Assembly (NCBI GenBank): GCA_040905425.1
Contig: JBBDRO010000012.1
Location: forward strand, 1 to 12,156
Source: Gemmatimonadota bacterium
GTDB taxonomy: Bacteria > Gemmatimonadota > Gemmatimonadetes > Longimicrobiales > RSA9
Length of the DNA stretch: 12,156 bases
Reading direction: 5' to 3'
Shown: positions 7,415 through 12,156 of the stretch, in pieces
How positions within the stretch are numbered: the first letter of the stretch is position 1
How the letters are laid out: each line of letters begins with the position of its first letter
The notes under the pieces: generated by a model
Databases searched by the model: none
Seen by the model: the letters and a program-made list of their open reading frames with translations, nothing else
Told to the model about the DNA's origin: nothing
Made by a program: the position numbers and the translations under genes

Positions 7415-10400
7415 GCGCCGATCACCACAAGGAGCGTCACTTCGGGCCCACCAACCTGGCCATCGCCAACCGCATCACGGTGGGCGGGCTGGTGTTCATC
7501 ATCGCCACGCTGGGCTTGCTGTCCTATCGCACGGTCCCCAAGGAGGCGTCACCGGAGATCACCATTCCCATGGTGTCCGTGTCCACGGTCTATCCGGGGG
7601 TTTCCCCCAAGGATATGGAGACCCTGGTCACCCGTGTGATCGAGGACGAGCTGAACAAGATTGCCGACATCACGCAGCTCACCTCGGCCTCGGACCAGGG
7701 CTACTCGAACGTGACCGCCGAGTTCGATATCCAGATGGACATGGACGAGGCGCTCCAGAAGGTCCGTGACAAGTTGGACCTGGCCAAGCCCAAGCTCCCC
7801 GCCGACGCGGAGGAGCCGGTCCTCACGGAGTTCAACCTGTCCGAGTTCCCCATCATGCAGGTAAACATCTCGGGGGCGTACGGGCTGGTGCGGCTGAAGG
7901 AGGTGGCCGAGGACATCCAGGACGAGCTGGAGCAGATCCCGGCGCTGCTGGAGGCGCGTCTGTCCGGCGGGCTGGAGCGTGAGGTCCGCGTGGACGTGGA
8001 CCTGGAACGGCTGCAGTTCCACGGCGTGGCGTTCACCGACGTCATCGACGCCATCCGGGCCGAGAACGTGAACGTGCCGGGCGGCAGCATCGACGTGGGC
8101 ACGCAGGAATTCCTGGTGCGCGTGGCCGGGGAATTCCAGGATACGCGCGAGATCGAGGACGTGGTGGTGGCCACCTTCAACGGGCGCAACGTGAAGGTTC
8201 GGGACGTGGCGCGGGTGGACTTCGGCTTCAAGGACGAGGCCAGCTACGCCCGCCTGGACGGCAGCCCCGTGGTGACGCTGGACATTGTCATGCGCTCCGG
8301 TGAGAACATCATCGAGACGGCCGACGAGGTGAAGGCGGTGGTGGCCGGCATGCAGCCCACGCTGCCGCCGAGCACCGTGGTCAAGTTCACCTCGGATCAG
8401 TCCAAGGACATCCGGGCCATGGTGGCCAGCCTGGAGAACAACATCATCTCCGGCCTGCTGCTCGTGGTGGCGGTGCTGCTCTTCTTTCTGGGAGTGCGCA
8501 ACGCCTCCTTCGTGGGCATCTCCATCCCGCTGTCCATGTTGCTCTCCTTCATTGTCCTGAAGATGGTGGGCATCAGCATGAACATGATCGTGCTGTTCTC
8601 GCTGATCCTGGCGCTGGGCATGCTGGTGGACAACGCCGTGGTGGTGGTGGAGAACATCTACCGCCACCTGGAGCAGGGCTATGACAACTTCACCGCGGCC
8701 CGGCTGGGCACGGGCGAGGTGGCCCTGCCCATCATCTCCTCCACGCTGACCACGCTGGCGGCCTTCCTGCCGCTGGTCTTCTGGCCGGACATCATGGGCG
8801 AGTTCATGGGCTACCTGCCCAAGACGCTCATCATCACGCTGTCCAGTTCCCTCTTCGTGGCGCTGGTGGTGGTGCCGCCGCTGTGCGCCATGTTCATGCG
8901 CCTGGACCACGGGCCCCGACGGGAGCTGCGGCGTCCCATGCGCTGGCTGCTGGCCGGGGTGGCGGCGGCTTTCCTGCTCATCGTGGCGTCCAACAACGTG
9001 CTCGCGGCCGCGCTGATGGCGCTGATCGCGGTGGGCGTCTACTTCCTGCACACGCTGGTGCTGTCCCGTATGGCGCGCTGGTTCCAGGCTGAGGGCCTGC
9101 CGCGCCTGGTGGAGGACTACAAGCGCCGCCTGCGCTGGTCGCTGGCGCACCGTGCCGTCATCCTGGGCGGAGCGGTGGCGGTCTTCGTGGGCAGCTTCAT
9201 CCTCTTCGGCGCGCTGAACGCCGGCGTGGAGCTCTTTCCCGAGGACATTCCGCCCGCCACGGTCTATGCCCGCGTGGATGTGCCGTCCGGCACGGTCACC
9301 GAGTTCACTAATGAGGTGGCCGCCCGGCTCGAGGACAGGCTGGCCGGCATCGAGGGCATGGTCGACGCCAAGTCGGTGGTTACCACGGTGGGGGCGGGGG
9401 GTCGCGGCGGTCTCTTCGGGTCCAACGCGGAGGGGTCTGTTGCCATCAACTTCGTGGACTATCAGGACCGTCAGGCGGATGTGTTCGCCACCCTGGCGGC
9501 CATGCAGGGGCGCCTGGGGCAGGGGATTGCCGGCGCCAACGTCACGGTCGAGAAGCCGAGCAACGGGCCCAGCAGCGGTAAGCCCGTCACGATCGAGTTG
9601 ATCGGTCCCGAGGTGGAGCGCCTGAAGGAGCTGTCCGACAGCGCACTGCTGCTCATCAAGGCCGCATCCGTCTACAGCCGGCTGGAGGGGCTGGAGAGTG
9701 ACATGCAGCGCGGCCGCGCCGAGGTGGTGGTGCGGGTGGATCGGGAGGCGGCGGCGCTCTACGACCTGAACACCAGCCAGATCGGGAGCACGGTGCGCAC
9801 CGCCATCCAGGGCTCCGAGGCGGCCAAGTACCGCTCCGGCAATGACGAGTATGACATCACGGTGCGCCTGGACATGATGTACCGCAACTCGGTGGAGGCG
9901 CTGGCCGACCTCACCATCATGGCCGACGGCGGCCGGCAGATCCCCCTCAATTCCGTGGCCAGCTGGCACGTGGACGAGGGGCTCGGCACGGTCAAACGCA
10001 AGGACATGGACCGCGTGGCCACCGTGACCTCCAACGTGCGCGCCGGCGAGCAGAGCGCCGCCGTACTGGGCCAGGTCCAGGAGGTGCTGGCGCCCTTCGC
10101 CGCGAGCCTGCCCGCGGGCTACTCGCTGCGCTACGGCGGGCAGCAGGTGGACATGGCGGAGTCCATGGCCTTCCTGAGCAGCGCCTTCATGATCGCGCTC
10201 CTGCTCATCGCGCTCATCCTGATGTCCCAGTTCAACTCGGTGCTGCAGCCGCTCATCGTGATGACCTCGGTGATCATGTCCACGGTGGGCGTACTGCTCG
10301 GGCTGCTCCTCTTCCGCATGCCCTTCGGCATCATCATGACGGGCGTGGGCGTGATCTCCCTGGCCGGCATCGTGGTCAACAACGCCATCGTGCTGATCGA

Positions 10401-10881
10401 CTATATCGACCTGCTCAGGGAGCGCGACGGGCTCTCGCGTGACGAGGCGCTCGTCGAGGGCGGGGCCACCCGTTTCCGGCCCGTCATCCTGACTGCGGTG
10501 ACCACCATCCTGGGGCTGGTGCCGCTGGCCATTGGCTTCAACTTCGACTTCTTCGGCTTCTTCTCGAGCCTGGATCCGGACCTGTACTGGGGAGGCGAGC
10601 AGGCGGCGTGGTGGGGCCCCATGGCCATCGCGGTCATCGCGGGCCTGGCGTTCGCCACCGTCCTCACCCTGGTCGTGGTCCCGGTCCTTTACGCCGTACT
10701 GGATGACCTGGCCAGCTGGTTCCGCCGGACCTTCACCCGCGCCGGGGAGCCTGCCGGTCCGCCGCTGCTCGAGATCGAACTGCCGCCGCCCCCTCCGGCC
10801 CACGACGGGCGGCCGCGCGCCGGTGCGCGCGAGCTGGAGGAGGCGCTGGCGCGCTTTCAGCAAGGGCCCAGCACGGCCTGA
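7411..10881 (+). CDS. RND efflux transporter permease subunit (AcrB/AcrD/AcrF, HAE1-like)
   Basis: 1156 aa. TM1, PEITIP..VSTVYPGVSP..E, TM4 GMLVDNAVVVVENI, TM10 GIVVNNAIVLID, RFRPVILT and TLVVVP. ATGA overlap and SD GGGGAGGAG. Confidence 0.96.
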   Translation: MSADHHKERHFGPTNLAIANRITVGGLVFIIATLGLLSYRTVPKEASPEITIPMVSVSTVYPGVSPKDMETLVTRVIEDELNKIADITQLTSASDQGYSNVTAEFDIQMDMDEALQKVRDKLDLAKPKLPADAEEPVLTEFNLSEFPIMQVNISGAYGLVRLKEVAEDIQDELEQIPALLEARLSGGLEREVRVDVDLERLQFHGVAFTDVIDAIRAENVNVPGGSIDVGTQEFLVRVAGEFQDTREIEDVVVATFNGRNVKVRDVARVDFGFKDEASYARLDGSPVVTLDIVMRSGENIIETADEVKAVVAGMQPTLPPSTVVKFTSDQSKDIRAMVASLENNIISGLLLVVAVLLFFLGVRNASFVGISIPLSMLLSFIVLKMVGISMNMIVLFSLILALGMLVDNAVVVVENIYRHLEQGYDNFTAARLGTGEVALPIISSTLTTLAAFLPLVFWPDIMGEFMGYLPKTLIITLSSSLFVALVVVPPLCAMFMRLDHGPRRELRRPMRWLLAGVAAAFLLIVASNNVLAAALMALIAVGVYFLHTLVLSRMARWFQAEGLPRLVEDYKRRLRWSLAHRAVILGGAVAVFVGSFILFGALNAGVELFPEDIPPATVYARVDVPSGTVTEFTNEVAARLEDRLAGIEGMVDAKSVVTTVGAGGRGGLFGSNAEGSVAINFVDYQDRQADVFATLAAMQGRLGQGIAGANVTVEKPSNGPSSGKPVTIELIGPEVERLKELSDSALLLIKAASVYSRLEGLESDMQRGRAEVVVRVDREAAALYDLNTSQIGSTVRTAIQGSEAAKYRSGNDEYDITVRLDMMYRNSVEALADLTIMADGGRQIPLNSVASWHVDEGLGTVKRKDMDRVATVTSNVRAGEQSAAVLGQVQEVLAPFAASLPAGYSLRYGGQQVDMAESMAFLSSAFMIALLLIALILMSQFNSVLQPLIVMTSVIMSTVGVLLGLLLFRMPFGIIMTGVGVISLAGIVVNNAIVLIDYIDLLRERDGLSRDEALVEGGATRFRPVILTAVTTILGLVPLAIGFNFDFFGFFSSLDPDLYWGGEQAAWWGPMAIAVIAGLAFATVLTLVVVPVLYAVLDDLASWFRRTFTRAGEPAGPPLLEIELPPPPPAHDGRPRAGARELEEALARFQQGPSTA

Positions 10882-10902
10882 GCAAGCGACGACGCCCGTC
10901 CT

Positions 10903-10936
10903 GCGGCGCCGCCGGGGGAGACTCCGGCGGCGCCGC
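10903..10936 (+). terminator. Strong stem-loop after the RND gene (terminator or 3' stabiliser)
   Basis: GCGGCGCCGCCGGGG-GAGA-CTCCGGCGGCGCCGC: 15-bp stem (one G-U) with a GNRA tetraloop, 21 nt after the stop codon. No U-tract. Confidence 0.55.
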
Positions 10937-10981
10937 TGCGTCCGGGTCCCTTGACGTCCGCCCCGTCCAGGCTGTTCTTCT

Positions 10982-11025
10982 CGCGCACACGCACACGCAC
11001 ACGCACACGCACACGCGCACGCACG
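10982..11025. repeat. Intergenic hexanucleotide tandem repeat (GCACAC)5 plus degenerate copies
   Basis: Five perfect GCACAC units at 10985-11014, then GCGCAC and GCACG. Strict pyrimidine-purine alternation over 10982-11025. Confidence 0.92.
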
Positions 11026-11042
11026 AGTTGAGCACGCCAACG

Positions 11043-11072
11043 TTGCATTACGCAGGCGGGTGCGCGTACTTT
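11043..11072 (+). promoter_or_regulatory. Putative sigma70 promoter for the lipoprotein gene
   Basis: TTGCAT (11043-11048), 18-nt spacer, TACTTT (11067-11072). An alternative -10 TAACAT lies at 11081-11086. Confidence 0.35.
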
Positions 11073-11196
11073 GGGAACCATAACATTCAGTGATGCTGCC
11101 GCTGGCATCCGCCAAGCGGGTCCCCCCCTCTCCCCGGGGACCCGACAGTTTTCTGCATCCAATTTCAGTGCACGTACACTGACCAGAGGTCGTGCC

Positions 11197-12156
11197 ATGC
11201 GCCGCCGCGTCATACCACGCGTACCGGTAGTCTCGCCCCGCGCTCGCGCGCGGCGGCTGCGCGTGGCTGTGTGTCTGCTGGTGACCCTGGTCCCGACGGT
11301 CGTGCTCTCGTGCGCGGACGGCGGTCCGCTGGCCACGCCCGCGCCCAACCTGGCGCCGCTCGGCTTTGCGCCCGCGTACAACTACTTCGGCGCCTCGGCC
11401 AGCTCGGCTGACATCAACCGCATCCGCCTGACCGCGCGGGACGCCGCCGATGGACGCCTGCTCACGGCCGACACGGTGGACGTGGACGCGGACGCCAGTG
11501 AATGGCGGCTCGACCTGGACGTGCCGGTGGAACCGGGGCGTGTGATCCAGGTGGTGGTGACCATCGAGCTCATCAACGTGGTGGGCGGGGTGGAGACGGT
11601 GCAGTGGAGCGGGCAGACCGCGCCCATCAGCGCCTCCGCGGGTCAGCCGCAGGCGCCGGCCCCCGTGGAGCTGTACCAGGGGCCGCCGGGGAACCTGGCG
11701 GTGGTGAGTCTGACGCTTTCCGAGCAGCACGTGTCCCTGGCCGAGCGGGATAGCGCGGACGTGACGGTGGCCGTGGTGTCGGAGTCCGGCACGCCGGAGG
11801 TCTTCTGGTCGACCACGGATTCCAGCGTGGTAGGGCTGGAAGGGCACGCGGGCGGAGCCCGCTTGCGCGCACTGCGGCCGGGCACGGCGCGCATCATGGC
11901 GGTGGCCGGGCCCCGCGCCGACACCCTGGAGCTGATGGTGCTCCAGCGCATCAGCGGCGTGCGCGTCCGCCCCGATAGCGTGGAGCTGAGCAGCCTGGGC
12001 GCGGAGGCATCCTTCACGGCGGACGTGCTCGACGGACAGGGCGCGCCGATGGCCGGGGAGGACGTGGTGTGGACCAGCGGGGACACCGCCGTGGCGGTCC
12101 ACCTAGGCGGCGGGCGTTTCCGCGCCGTGGTGGCCGGGCGGGCCGTGGTCTCGGCC
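11197..12156 (+). CDS. Lipoprotein with bacterial Ig-like (Big_2) repeats, N-terminal part (runs off the right edge)
   Basis: SD GAGGT at 11186-11190, ATG 11197, open for 320 codons with strong GC3 bias. Signal MRRRVIPRVPVVSPRARARRLRVAVCLLVTLVPTVVLS|C (Cys39). Two Big_2-like units follow: VVSLTLSEQHVSL...VFWSTTDSSVV...ALRPGTARIMA...LELMV and ISGVRVRPDSVELSSLG...VLDGQGAPM...VVWTSGDTAVA...RAVVAGRAVVSA. Missing from the ORF track. Confidence 0.88.
   Translation, partial: MRRRVIPRVPVVSPRARARRLRVAVCLLVTLVPTVVLSCADGGPLATPAPNLAPLGFAPAYNYFGASASSADINRIRLTARDAADGRLLTADTVDVDADASEWRLDLDVPVEPGRVIQVVVTIELINVVGGVETVQWSGQTAPISASAGQPQAPAPVELYQGPPGNLAVVSLTLSEQHVSLAERDSADVTVAVVSESGTPEVFWSTTDSSVVGLEGHAGGARLRALRPGTARIMAVAGPRADTLELMVLQRISGVRVRPDSVELSSLGAEASFTADVLDGQGAPMAGEDVVWTSGDTAVAVHLGGGRFRAVVAGRAVVSA

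Noticed and set aside
7411..10881. Heavy-metal (CzcA/CusA, HME) RND call suggested by the neighbouring ZIP gene
   Set aside because: TM4 lacks the HME-type DFG-x3-D-x-A motif. The TetR regulator and overall motifs fit HAE1-like pumps.
7549..12102. 1517-aa antisense ORF
   Set aside because: It is the in-register reverse complement of the RND and lipoprotein genes, which share a frame. High GC3 codon bias suppresses antisense stops. The translation is His/Arg/Gly-rich with no recognisable domain and reads the microsatellite as ACACAC.

Overview
High-GC bacterial chromosomal segment. The gene style (lipoprotein with Big_2 repeats, long TolCs) is reminiscent of Gemmatimonadota, but this is an inference only. 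From left to right: the 5' part of a rhomboid protease (- strand, missed by the ORF track), tRNA-Ser(TGA), and a GufA/ZupT-like ZIP metal transporter (-). Divergent from the ZIP gene on the + strand are a stand-alone TolC-family outer-membrane factor and a Spy/CpxP/ZraP-like periplasmic protein with Met/Gly/Gln repeats. These are followed by a translationally coupled tetR-tolC-MFP-RND efflux operon with a readable promoter and operator. The window ends with a structured intergenic region containing a (GCACAC)n tract and the 5' part of a Big_2 Ig-like repeat lipoprotein (also missed by the ORF track). No integrase, transposase, CRISPR or defence genes are visible. The most notable oddities are the atypical RND pump (DN/NN proton-relay substitutions, extra TM hairpin, aromatic loop), the possible ZIP/TolC/Met-rich Spy metal or envelope-stress module, an extra nucleotide in the tRNA D-arm, and the repeat and palindromes upstream of the surface lipoprotein.
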